Origin: Eledone cirrhosa
Lineage: Eukaryota
Direction of reading: 5' to 3'
NCBI GenBank assembly: GCA_964016885.1
Contig: OZ024746.1
Span: forward strand, 95,852,001 to 95,916,000
Length of the DNA stretch: 64,000 nucleotides
The notes under the pieces are model-generated. The model was not told where the DNA came from, searched no databases, and saw nothing but the letters and a program-made list of their open reading frames with translations. A program made the translations under genes and the position numbers. Shown here one piece after another: positions 1 to 15,000 of the stretch (positions within the stretch are counted from its first letter, which is position 1; each line of letters begins with the position of its first letter).

Positions 1-1
1 G

Positions 2-3000
2 CCTATTGTTAGAACAACTAAATTAGAAGATAGTACTGAGAAAGCAATAACAATGAAATATGATTATTTAAAAGAAAAAAGCTTAACAAGTAGTAAAGAA
101 ACAATGATCCTGTTTAATACAATGAAAACCCAATGGACAAAAACATACGAAACAGCTATAGCAACCAACACAACATACAAAGGTTTTACAATTCTATATA
201 TTGTTACATCACCTAAAGAACAACTAATTTCTAAGCCATCTGATACTGATATCATATTAAAACCCCCAGTAAGTTTGATACGAGAGACAATAATATATGA
301 TCGAATTGGAAGAGTGGTGACTGAAGGATTCCTACATGTGAAAGACATCTCAGAAGACAAAGAAATTGTGACATTCAGTTCAAAACATGTGGTATCTGAA
401 GACCAAATAATTCAAGAAACAGATACATATAAATTAATCTATTTAAAAACCAAAGATCAAGACATGATTACATCAATAATACCCCATATAATATCTAAGG
501 CAGTATTGTTTACACATAAATATGGAACTTTTAATGATACCTTCCCTATTGTCTCTATAACAGAAAATATAACATCTGTAGATGTAACATATGTAATATT
601 TACAGTAGAACATGTATCTCCTCAATATATAACAGATGTTACTTTAATATCAGAACATGTAATAATACCTGATACTTATATATCAAAACATATATCATCT
701 AGAGATACACTAACAGACATTTCTACACAAAAACCTGACACATTTAAAGATGAAGTAACATTCACTGATATATCAAACAAAACAACATTTGTACATGTAA
801 TAGGTATTTCTATGATATCAGTTATTATTACATCTAGAGATATAACAGTGGTTAGTACTATACCAGACCATGTGACATCTGCAGATATAACAGCAGTTAC
901 TTCTATACCAGACCATATAACAGCTGCAGATATAACAACAGTTAGTACTATACCAGATCATATGACATCTGCAGATATAGCAACAGTTAGTACTATACCA
1001 GACCACATGACATCTGGAGATATAGTAGCAGTTAGTACAATACCAGACCATGTGACATCTGAAGATATAACAGCAGTTAGTACTATACCAGATCATATGA
1101 CATCTGGAGATATAACAGCAGTTAGTACTATACCAGACTATGTGACATATGGAGATATAACAGCAGTTACTTCTATACCAGATCATGTGACATCTGAAGA
1201 TATAATAGCAGTTAGTACTATACCAGACCATGTGATAGCTGGAGATATAACAGCAGTTACTTCTATACCAGCCCATGTGACATCTGGAGATATAACAGCA
1301 GTTAGTACTATACCAGACCATGTGACATCTGGAGATATAACAGCAGTTAGTACTATACCAGACCATATGACATCTGGAGATATAGCAGCAGTTAGTACTA
1401 TACCAGACCATGTGACATCTGGAGATATAACAGCAGTTACTTCTATACCAGACCATATTACTGCTGGAGATATAACAACAGTTAGTACTATACCAGATCA
1501 TATGACGTCTGGAGATATAACAGCAGTTAGTACTATACCAGATCATGTGACATCTGGAGATATAACAGCAGTTACTTCTATTCCAGATCATGTGACATCT
1601 GGAGATATAACAGCAGTTAGTACTATACCAGACCATGTGATATCTGGAGATATAACAGCTGTTAGTACTATACCAGACCATGTTACATCTGGAGATACAG
1701 ATACTGTTAGTTCTGTACCAGACCATGTGACATCTGGAGATATAACAGCAGTTAGTACTATACCAGACCATGTGACATCTGGAGATATAACAACAGTTAG
1801 TACTATACCAGATCATATGACATCTGGAGACATAACAGCAGTTAGTACTATACCAGACCATGTGACATCTGGAGATATAACAGCAGTTACTTCTATACCA
1901 GACCATATTACTGCTGGAGATATAACAACAGTTAGTACTATACCAGATCATATGACGTCTGGAGATATAACAGCAGTTAGTACTATACCAGATCATATGA
2001 CATCTGGAGATATAACAGCAGTTAGTACTATACCAGATCATGTGACATCTGGAGATATAACAGCAGTTACTTCTATTCCAGATCATGTGACATCTGGAGA
2101 TATAACAGCAGTTAGTACTATACCAGACCATGTGATATCTGGAGATATAACAGCTGTTAGTACTATACCAGACCATGTGACATCTGGAGATATAACAGCA
2201 GTTAGTACTATACCAGACCATGTTACATCTGGAGATACAAATACTGTTAGTTCTGTACCAGACCATGTGACATCTGGAGATATAACAGCAGTTAGTACTA
2301 TACCAGACCATGTGACATCTGGAGATATAACAACAGTTAGTACTATACCAGATCATATGACATCTGGAGACATAACAGCAGTTAGTACTATACCAGACCA
2401 TGTGACATCTGGAGATACAGATACTGTTAGTTCTATACCAGATCATGTGACATCTGGAGATATAACAGCAGTTAGTACTATACCAGACCATGTGACATCT
2501 GGAGATATAACAGCAGTTAGTACTATACCAGACCATATGACATCTGGAGATATAGCAGCAGTTAGTACTATACCAGACCATGTGACATCTGGAGATATAA
2601 CAGCAGTTACTTCTATACCAGACCATATTACTGCTGGAGATATAACAACAGTTAGTACTATACCAGATCATATGACGTCTGGAGATATAACAGCAGTTAG
2701 TACTATACCAGATCATATGACATCTGGAGATATAACAGCAGTTAGTACTATACCAGATCCTGTGACATCTGGAGATATAACAGCAGTTACTTCTATTCCA
2801 GATCATGTGACATCTGGAGATATAACAGCAGTTAGTACTATACCAGACCATGTGATATCTGGAGATATAACAGCTGTTAGTACTATACCAGACCATGTTA
2901 CATCTGGAGATACAGATACTGTTAGTTCTGTACCAGACCATGTGACATCTGGAGATATAACAGTAGTTAGTACTATACCAGACCATGTGACATCTGGAGA

Positions 3001-6000
3001 TATAACAACAGTTAGTACTATACCAGATCATATGACATCTGGAGACATAACAGCAGTTAGTACTATACCAGACCATGTGACATCTGGAGATATAACAGCA
3101 GTTACTTCTATACCAGACCATATTACTGCTGGAAATATAACAACAGTTAGTACTATACCAGATCATATGACGTCTGGAGATATAACAGCAGTTAGTACTA
3201 TACCAGATCATATGACATCTGGAGATATAACAGCAGTTAGTACTATACCAGATCATGTGACATCTGGAGATATAACAGCAGTTACTTCTATTCCAGATCA
3301 TGTAACATCTGGAGATATAACAGCAGTTAGTACTATACCAGACCATGTGATATCTGGAGATATAACAGCTGTTAGTACTATACCAGACCACGTGACATCT
3401 GGAGATATAACAGCAGTTAGTACTATACCAGATCATATGACATCTGGAGACATAACAGCAGTTAGTACTATACCAGACCATGTGACATCTGGAGATACAG
3501 ATACTGTTAGTTCTATACCAGATCATGTGACATCTGGAGATATAACAGCTGTTAGTACTATACCAGACCATGTGACATGTGGAGATATAACAACAGTTAG
3601 TACTATACCAGATCATATGACATCTGGAGATATAACAGCATTTAGTACTATACCAGATCATGTGACATCTGGAGATATAACAGCAGTTAGTACTATACCA
3701 GATCATGTGACATCTGGAGATATAACAGCAGTTAGTACTATACCAGACCTTGTGACATCTGGAGATATAACAGCAGTTAGTACTATACTAGTTCATTTGA
3801 CATCTGGGGAGATAGACACTGTTAGTTCTATACCAGATTATGGGACATCTGGAGATAGAGTTACTGTTAGTTCAATACAAGATCGTGTAACACCTGAAGA
3901 TATAGTCACTTTTAGTTCTATACTAGATCAGGTTAAATCCGGAGAAATCACCACTGTTAGTTCTATACCAGACCATGTGACATTTGGAGATATAGACAGT
4001 GTTAGTTCTGTACTTGATCATGTGACATCTGGAGATATAGACACTGTTAGTTCTATACCAGATCATGTGGTAGATGAAGATATAATTACTGTTAGTTCTA
4101 TACCAGACCATGTGACATCTGGAGATACAGTCACTATTAGTTCTATAGCAGATTATGTGATATCTGGAGACTCAGAGACTATTAGTTCAATACCAGATCA
4201 TGCAATATCTGGATATACAGTTACTGTTACTTCAACACAATATCCTGTGACATCTGGAGATATAGTCCCTGTTAGTCCTATTGTTGATCATGTGACATCT
4301 GGAGATATAGATAGTTCTGTACCAGACTATGTGACAACTGGAGATACAGTCACTGTTAGTACTATACTAGACCATGTTACACCTGGAGATATAACAGCTA
4401 TTAGTTTTATTGCAGATCATGTTACATCTGGAGAGACCGTCAATATTAGTTTTATACCTGACCATGTGACATCTGGAGACACAACGACTGTTAGTGCTAT
4501 ACAAGACCATGTGACATCTGGAGAAATAAGAACTATTAGTTCTATATCAGATCGTTCAACATCTGGAGATGTAACAACTGTTAGCGCTCAACTAGATCAT
4601 GTGAAATCTAGGGACATAACAACTGCTAGTTCTGTGCTAGATAATGTAACATCTGGAGATATAACTACTGTTAGCTCTATACCAGACCATCTTACATCTG
4701 GAAGTATAACAACTATTAGTTCTATACCAGATCATGTTACATCTGGAGAGATAACAACTATTAGTATTGCCCCAGTTCATGCAACATCTGGAGATATAAC
4801 AACTGTTAGTTCTATACCAGATCATGTGACATCTGTAGACAGAGTCAATGTTAGTTCTGTACCAGATGTTGTAACATCTGGAGATATGACAATTACTATG
4901 TCTGTACCAGATCATGTGACATCTACTGTACCAGATGCCACAAGAACAGAATATATAATAACTCTTACAGAACCTGTGAAATCTGAAGATACAACAGAAA
5001 CAGGTGTTACTATTCCAGAATCTACCCAATTTCCAGACATTTTGATCATTACATCACATGCTGCTAGATCAGTAGATAGCACTGTATTAGAAATATCAAC
5101 ACCTGAACTACCTGTGTTGCCAGTAACTGTAACATTTGAATCAGTTGAATTAGTTAGTTCTGTGTATGAGATAACATCTCAACTGACTATTACTTCTATA
5201 CCAGTTTATAGAACAACTAAACATAAAGCAACTGTAACTATTTCTCTAACAAAACATTTAATATCTAATGATACAGAAACTGCTATGTATTTAGCAGATC
5301 CTGTATTATATACAGATAAAGAATCTATTATATTTATAACACAGCCTGTAATATCAGCACAATCAGTAGATTATACAGAGAAATATATAACAGTCAACAC
5401 TACTGGAATTGTTCATTCAATGTCAGAATATATAACAATTAAAGATACAATAGCTTTTACTTCAATACAAGAAATATTAACATCTAAAATAAATGTAAGT
5501 GATATTAGTATCACATCTAAACATACTGTGACATCTATATCTGTGCCTGTAACTGCCATGAAAGTACATGTAAGATCTAAGGGGGATGAAATTCAAATAT
5601 CATACAAAGATAGTGTACAGTTTATTTCTACACCAGATATAACAACAGCTGTAACAATTAGTTCTATAATAGACAAAGCTACACCAGCATTATCAGATAT
5701 AGCAACTGCTATTTCTACACCAGCATTATCAGATATAACAACTGGTATTTCTATACGAGTTATAACAGTTAGTTCTGTTATAGACAAAGCTAAACCAACA
5801 TTATCAGATATAACAACTGCTATTTCTGCACCAACATTATCAGATATAACAACAGCTATTTCTGCACCAACATTATCAGATATAGCAACAGATATTTCTA
5901 CACCAGTTGTAATAATTAGTTCTGTTTTGGACAAAGTCACACCAACATTATCAGATATAACAACTGTTATTTCTACACCAGTTATAACAATTGTTACAAT

Positions 6001-9000
6001 TAGTTCTGTTATAGACAAAGTCACACCAACATTATCAGATATAGCAACAGCTATTTCTACATCAGAACATGTAATATCTACAGATAAGGTTAATGTTTCT
6101 TTTATATGGAGACACAAAATATCTAAATATATGATAGCAGTTACATCTAAATTGGAAAAACTATTTGTCACTGTTGTACCAACTTACAGAATATCTACAG
6201 AAACAGTACCCAGTATTTGGGTATCAAAGGAAATATTATCCAGAGATATAATAACTGTTACATCATCTGAAGATATCACATCTAGCAAGCTTATATTCAG
6301 AACAATATCATTGGTAAAGACAGATGGGGATATTTCAGACACCAGGTTTGAAGATAAAGCTACATATGTTACTAGACTTGAATATATAATATCTGGATAT
6401 ATAGACACCATAACGCCAATATCAAAATATGAAATATTTGAGGAAACAGAAAATATTACTTTTCTAACAGAACATACAACACATAAAGATACAGTAGTGG
6501 TTAATTATCTACAAAACCACACGATATCTGAAATTGTACAAAATGGCACTTTTTTACAGAAGCTTATAACATCTGGTGATAAACATATTGATACTTCCAT
6601 ACTTGAACAAGGAACAGCTAAAGATTTAATAAATTTTACTCGTGTACCAGTTATTTCTATACAAGATCATGTGACATATGAGTATTTAAATGATTCATTT
6701 CTAACAAAACATCTGATATCTAGAGATACAATATATGTTGATTTGATATCAGGATATGCTACACCGGAAGATTTAGCAACAATCACTTCTATATTGAAAC
6801 ACATATTAGCAACATCTGGAGTGGCTGAAAATGTTACATTTATACTGGAACATGTAACATCTAGCTATTTAGTAAATGTCAGTGCTACAACAAAGACTGT
6901 CATAACTAGACATCCAGTAATATACACTTCTGTATCAGAACGTCTAACATTTAGAGAAAGAACAGAACATGGCACATTTGGAGATACATTATCTCTTACT
7001 TTTATGCCTGAAAATGTAACAGACATAGGCACAGTAGAGATAACAACTAGAGAGAAGCTAACTATTACTTCTATGTTATATAATATAACATATAAGGATG
7101 TAGAAACTGTTAGTTTCATACCTGAACATGTAATATCTGAAAAATTAATAAATGCTACTTCTATTGAGGAAACTATAACATATGAAGAAGATATAGCAAC
7201 TATTACTTCTATTCAAGAACTTATATCATCTGGATCATCTGGAGATATAGCTGTTATGCTAACTACAAAATATATAACATATAGAAGTATAACAGATGTT
7301 AGTTTATTACCAGAATCTACCATATCTAGAGATATGACAACTGTCATTTCTATACCAAAACATATAACAACAAGATACAGTATAAATATAACTGTACATT
7401 TTGTCCAGAAACAAGCAGAACCTGAAGATACAACAACTGTTACAAATAAAACAGATCGTGAAATAATTAGAGATATCATAACTTTTAGATCTACACCTGA
7501 AATTGTAATTACACAAGATATGGGAGTTGTTCATTATTCTCTCCCAGAACAAATAACATTTGAATACATGGTAAATATTACTTCTGTATCAAAGCAGCTG
7601 GAAATATCAAAATACCCAATAAATGTTACTTTTATGTCAAAGCATCTAACATCTAAAGAGAGAATAAATGTTACTACCATAACAGATCATTTGAGATCTA
7701 CAGATGAAGTGATACTTATTTCTAAACCTGAATATGTAACATTATTAGATATATTAAGCATAACAACTGAAAAAGCCATAACTGTTGGTTTTATATTAGA
7801 TCCTGTAACATATGGAGATATTGCTACTGTTGTTTCCATATCTGAAGATTTAGTGGAAGTTTCTTCTGTATATATAACATCTAAGGATAAAGCAATTGTT
7901 ATTTCTATATCAAATCAAACAACATCTAGAGATACAATAAATGCTACTCTGACACCTGAATACCTCACATATGAAGATATAACAACAATTGCTTCTACAC
8001 TGAGACAATTAACATCAAGTCAAACAAAGAATATTTCTTTTATACTGAAATATGTAATATCTGAATATACTGCAATTGTCACTGTTAAATCAGATCATAT
8101 ATTATCTGGAGATATGGAAATTGATAGCTCTAAATATGTATATATATTATCAACTGATTCTAAACAAGATGATATAACCCCTGTAACAACAGTAGAGATG
8201 GTAGCTATTACCTCTATAACAGACCATGTGGTATCTGGAGATATCTCATTTGGCTCATTAGCAGAACATATAATATCCAAAGATATAATAACTGCTTTTT
8301 CTATCCCAGAACAAATAACATTCACAGAAACTGCAGATGTAACATCTGGAGAAATAATAACTGTTGTTTCTTTACCAGAACATAAAGCATCTGGGACTTT
8401 TATTCAATTATATATAAAAACTAAAGATACATTAAATGTTACATCAACAGTGAAAACTATAATATCTACAGATATAACAACTGTTTCTTTACTGGAACTT
8501 GTAGCATCTAAACCTACCACAATTGGTACTTCTGTGGATTTATATACAAAAAGTGAAGCTAAAATAATTATTAAAGTTATAATAGATGCAGTCACATGGA
8601 GGACTATCACAGCAGTTATTTATATACCAGAACTGTCAACATCTGGAGCCTCAATAACTAATGTTTCTATTCATGAAAATGTAACATCAAGAGACTTAGT
8701 GATTGCTTATGTACCGGAACATTCTACATCTGAAGACTTGTTAAATATTACTTCTCTGTCAATAGACATATTATACAGAGGTATAGTAAATGTTACTTCC
8801 ATGCAAGAACATCTAGCACTTGTAGATTCAAAGATCAGTACATCTGTATTAAAACATCTAACACATAGAACTAGAGAAGGCTTTCCTTCTGCAACAGAAT
8901 CTGTCGATATATCAGAGCAAGTAACAGTCAAGAATATATCAAAGGATTTACAAACATTTCAAAAACTAACAGGCATAATGGATATAGCATCTATAACATC

Positions 9001-12000
9001 TGGAGATTTAATCACAATTATTTCTATAATTGATCAAATAACATCTGAGGATACAATAATTGATATGTCTACACTTAAGTATGTAATATCTAAAGATATA
9101 GTAACTGTTATGTCAATACCAGACTATGTTGCATCTGGAGTTACAGCAACTGTTGCAAGTATATCAGACCATGTAACACCTGGAGATACAGTAGTTGTTA
9201 TATCTACCCTCGATTATGTAACATCTGGAGATACAATAACTGCTATGTCAATATCAGACTATATTACATCTGGAGATAGAGTAAGTGGTCTGTCTTTACC
9301 AGACTATATTACATCTGGAGATATAGTATCTGTTGGGTCTTTACCAGACTATATTACATCTGAAGATACAGTAACTGGTGTGTCTTTACCAGACTATATT
9401 ACGTCTGGAGATACAGTAGCTGGTGTATCGATACCAGACTATATTACATCTGGAGATATAGCAACTGGTGTATCAATACCAGACCATATTACATCTGTAG
9501 ATACAGCAACTGGTGTGACAATACCAGACTATATTACATCTGGAGATATTGCAACTGGTGTGACAATACCAGACTATATTACATCTGGAGATATAGCAAC
9601 TGGTGTGACAATACCAGACTATATTACATCTGGAGATATAGCAACTGGTGTGACAATACCAGACTATATTACATCTGAAGATATAACAACTGGTGTGACA
9701 ATACCAGACTATATTACATCTGGAGATATAGCAACTGGTGTGACAATACCAGACTATATTACATTTGGAGATACAGTAACTGTTGTATCAATACTAGACT
9801 ATATTTCATCTGGAGATGTAGCAACTGTTACATCTTTATCAGGCTATGTTACATCTGGAGGTACTGTAACAGCTCTATCTATATCATACCATGTAATATC
9901 AAGTGATACTGCATCTGTAACTTTTATATCATCATATCATATAATATCTGATGATACAAAAACAATTGTCTCAATAACTGGAGATAGAATAACTCTTAGT
10001 TCTATACCAGACCATATAATAACAAAAGATAAACCTTCCACTTCTTTATCAGTATATTTGATACCTAAAGATATAATAACTACAACATTTATGTCAGAAT
10101 ATATAACATATAAACATATATATACAATAACTTTAACTTTGATACCAGAACAGATATTAACTCTTACATACAGACGAGAAGATGTAACATATGAACATAC
10201 AGTAACACTTACTTCTATATTAAAACATATGACGTCTGAAGATACAGCAACTTTTACGTCTATACCAGAAGATATGACAACTCCAGATGCTTTGAGTCTT
10301 ACATATAAGCCAGAATATATAACATATGAATACACAGTGACTTTTGCTTCTATACCAGGAGATATGACCTATGAACATAAAGTAAATTTGACTTATGAAC
10401 ATATAGTAAATTTGACTTCTAGTGAAGAAGATATGACATCTGAACACCTATTAACTCTTACATATAAACCAAAAGATATGACTTATGAACCTACAGTGAC
10501 TCCTAGATATAAACCAGAAGATATATCTTATGAACATACAGTAAATTTAACTTCTATACCAGAAAATATGACATCTGAAGATGCAGTGACTCCTATATAT
10601 AGGACAGAATATATAGTTCTTAAGGAAACAGTAACATTTACTTCTATATTAGAACATATAATATCAAAAGATTTAGTGAATGTTACATCTATATCAGGTC
10701 ATGTAATAGATGATGATTTAGTAACTGGCACTATTGAACTAGACTATGCAATATTTCAAACAGCTTCTGTACCTGAACTAATAACATCTGGAGACACTGC
10801 TATTGCTGTGTCGGACGTCTTGATTCCCGAAATAAGTGTAAACGAAACCCTTGTGCTTGAAAGAGAAACTTTGGAAGCTAATAAAACTATGATATCAGAA
10901 AATATTACAGTTAAATATTCCTCATTAGTTAGCTTTGTAGATGAATGTCTATCATGTACAGATATAGCAACTGGTGTTTCTACACCAGAACATGCAACAG
11001 TCATATATATTAAAACTGAAACTTTTGACAGAGGAATTATAACATCTGTTCAAGTTGAAAATATTACATTTATATCAGTATATGTAAAACCTGGAGACAT
11101 GATAACCCTGCCTTCTAAACTTGAATATGTGATATCTAATTATACATTATTTGATACTTCATTGGTTTCATTGGCAGATCAAAATACGACTGCATACTTC
11201 ATAGATGATCTATCTCTACTAGTTCAAACAACACCTGATAGTGATGCACTTGGGGTAACAGGAAGTTTATTAGGAGAACATAGAACATTTGGATATGTCT
11301 GGAGAAACTTCACTACTAGTGAAGATGAAGGGAAATCTGATGTCATAGATATCAAAACAACTGGTAGCTTTTTCACAGATGTAACAACTACAGATGTAAT
11401 AACTGGAATAACTCATCTTTTTATACACCAAAATATATCAGTTGAAAGTAAATATATAGATTCATTAATTTATCAAATAACAATAAGTGGTGTATCTAAA
11501 AGGAAGATATCGCACACTCGTAAGATAACATCAGATATATTGCCTCTTATTGTATTATCAACACAAATGTATGACATGAAAAGTTTAAGAGATGATAAAA
11601 ATATCAGTATAGATACTATGATATCTTCTATGAAATATAGTAAAGTATCCATAACTGATACAGGTGATACTATAAGTCTTCCAAAAATATATTATATACA
11701 ACCACCATATATTACTACAACTGACACAATGGCAACAAAACTCTTTGATTCAGATATAAAAAGTATAGGAACTAATAGAAGTGCATTACCTGCTAAACCT
11801 ATCTCCCTGACTTCTGACATGATACAAAGGAAATCAATTACAACTTCTAATATAAGTCACTTGATGGAAATAATTCTCATTTCAACTGATTTCATGATAC
11901 AAAGTGTACAACCAGAAACATCATTTGTTGTTGATCATAGCCACACTAAAGAGATGTCCACAACAAAGGAAACAGTATCAATAGACAGTACACAGAAAGA

Positions 12001-15000
12001 CATCCAATTTACAGATATAATGTATAGGAGGGTTAGAGAAGATATAAATGATACAACCATTGACCATAGTATATCAGAGATATCCTATATCAGTACAACA
12101 GAGCATCCATTATCTTACATAGAGTATAAAAGAGCTATTACAACTGGAAGTACACCAGATTTAATCACAGTTTCCAGTATTCCGATCACAACTGCAGAGC
12201 CAGAAATTACAACAGATTTTACTACATGCAGTGGGTGTTCTCATTTAGTCACATCTGGTGGTAGGACTGTATTTTACAGGACATTTGCTGCAGAGTCATC
12301 TTCAGAAAGTCAATCCATGCACTTAAAACAGAAAGCATTTCAGATTGATACCTCTTTTATTTCGTTGACAATGTCTGAATCCCCTGAACAGTTTAATTAT
12401 AGTAAAGTATCAAAAGAGATGTCTCCATTAATGCTAACCAGATTAATAACCACTGAAACTGGGTTTCCAATCTCATTGGAGGATGACTACTGGAAATTTC
12501 TCAAAAGTACTACTGAGTTCTACTCAGATAAAATAACATTAAAACTTTTGACTTTTGATCTCCCATCTATAACTGGTTCTCAAATAATAAATAAGACAAG
12601 TATACATGGAACAGTTTTAACAAGTGAAAGTATGTTGGAGTTATTATCAACAAATTTATCAAAACCTATTAAATACTTTCCAGCAGTTATTGATAACACT
12701 ACAAAATCATTAAAATCAATGACCCCAGTTTTTGTGAGTAAGATATGGCTAGATCTAGTTCCAATAACATCTTTGTCAGGAATAACTGAAGCTACGGCTG
12801 ATATAAGTAAAGAAACATTATCATCTGTAGTTGACTCTCAACTAGCATCATTATCATATGTTGATATAATGACACCTTTGTCAACCATTAGTGAAAATAT
12901 AACATTTAAAAGTACAATGTTGTTATTTCCAGATGACAAACTTTCAGTCTCCTTTGCTGATTTATTAACAGATATATCGCCAGTAAGTCACCCTATTGAT
13001 GACTTAAGCAGTATTATACTAACAGAGATAACACCATTAGATAGCAATGTTACTGTGTATAAAAGACCTCAAAGGATGGTCAGTATTACATCTATATCCT
13101 CTATCATGACATCTGAAATGACAGAAACTGTTACTTTAATTCGAAAAGACCTAATAATTGAAGGCAGATTTTCTGAACAGGTAACATTGGTACAAATAGA
13201 AATTGATAGACTCTCTGCTACATCTCTGCCAGAACAGATAACCGCTCTGCCAGAACAAATAACATCTCTGCCAGAACAGATAACATCCCTGCCAGAACAG
13301 ATAACCTCTTTGCCAGAACAGATAACATCTTTGTCAGAAAAGGTAACATCTCTGCCAGAACAGATAACATTTCTGCCAGAACAGGTAACATCTCCGCCAG
13401 AACAGATAACATCTCTGTCAGAACATGTAACATCTCTGCCAGAACATCTAACATCTCTGTCAGAACACGTGACATCTCTGTCAGAACAGGTAACATCTCT
13501 GCCAGAAGAGAGAACAGCTCTGCCAGAACAGATAACATCTCTGTCAGAAAAGACAACATTTATACCAGAACAAATAACATCGCTGTCAGAACAGGTAACA
13601 TCGCTGCCAGAACAGATAACATCTCTGTCAGAAGAGACACCATTTCTGCCAGAAGAGACAACATCTCTACCAGAACAGATAACATCTCTGCCAGAACAGA
13701 TAACATCTCTGCCAGAACAGATAACATCTCTGTCAGAATACGTGACATCTCTGTCAGAACAGATAACATCTCTGTCAGAAGAGACAACATTTCTACTAGA
13801 ACAGATAACATCTCTGCCAGAACACGTGACATCTCTGCCAGAACAGATAACATCTCTGCCACAACAGATAACATCTCTGTCAGAAGAGACATTTCTACTA
13901 GAACAGATAACATCTCTGCCAGAACAGGTAACATCTCTGTCAGAAGAGACAACATCTCTGCCAGAACAGGTAACATCTCTGCCAGAACAGGTAACATATC
14001 TGTCAGAACAGATAACATCTCTGTCAGAACAGGTAACATCTCTGTCAGAAGAGACAACATCTCTGTCAGAAGAGACAACATCTCTGCCAAAAAAGACAAC
14101 ATCTCTGCCAGAACAGATATCATCTTTGCCAGAACAGATAACATCTCTGTCAGAACAGATAACATATCTGCCAGAACACATGACATATCTGTCAGAACAG
14201 GTAACATCTCTGCCAGAACAGCTAACATCTCTGCCAGAACAGATAACATCTCTGTCAGAACAGATAACATATCTGTCAGAACAGGTAACATCTCTGTCAG
14301 AAGAGACAACATCTCTACCAGAAAAGACAACATCTCTGCCAGAACAGGTAACATCTCTGCCAGAACAGGTAACATCTCTGTCAGAACAGATAACATCTCT
14401 GCCAGAACAGATAACATCTCTGTCAGAACAGACACCTCTGTCAGAACAGGTAACATCTCTGCCAGAACAGACAACATCTCTACCAGAAAAGACAACATCT
14501 TTGCCAGAACAGATAACATCTCTGTCAGAACAAGTAATATCTCTGCGAGAACAGATAACATCTCTGCCAGAACGGATAACATATCAGTCAGAACAGATAA
14601 CATATCAGTTAGAACAGATAACATCTCTGCTAGAACAGGTAACATCTCTTCCAGCACAGGTAACATTTGATGAGACAGCAACTGATATTTCAACACAGAA
14701 ACATATAACATCTGTAAGCTGGCACTCAGAAGATGTTATTTCTGTAGTGGAAAATATGACTATTATTGGATCAACAATGACTTTCACAAAGGGACTTATG
14801 TCATCTATATCAATACAGGTAACACCAGAAGCCACATCAACAGTTGTGTCTATACCAGAACATATAATATCTGAAAAGGAAGTCATTGTTACATCTGTAC
14901 CAGACTTTCTAACATCAGATTATATGGTATTTGTTCCTTTACCAGAATATGTGACATCTGAAGGATTATTAAATGTTACTTCTCTACTGCCACATGTGTC

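Noticed and set aside
53-55. ATG at 53 as the start codon of a 16,426-aa single-exon gene
   Set aside because: The frame is already open from base 2, no signal peptide follows the ATG, and the ORF ends just past a strong splice donor. It is an internal exon.
818-3706. 962-aa Cys-rich antisense ORF (MIWYSTNCCYISRCH)n
   Set aside because: Shadow frame of the 45-bp array; its limits coincide with the array.
13220-14665. Leucine-rich repeat (LTSLPE resemblance)
   Set aside because: The period is 7 aa and the LxxLxLxxN core is absent.
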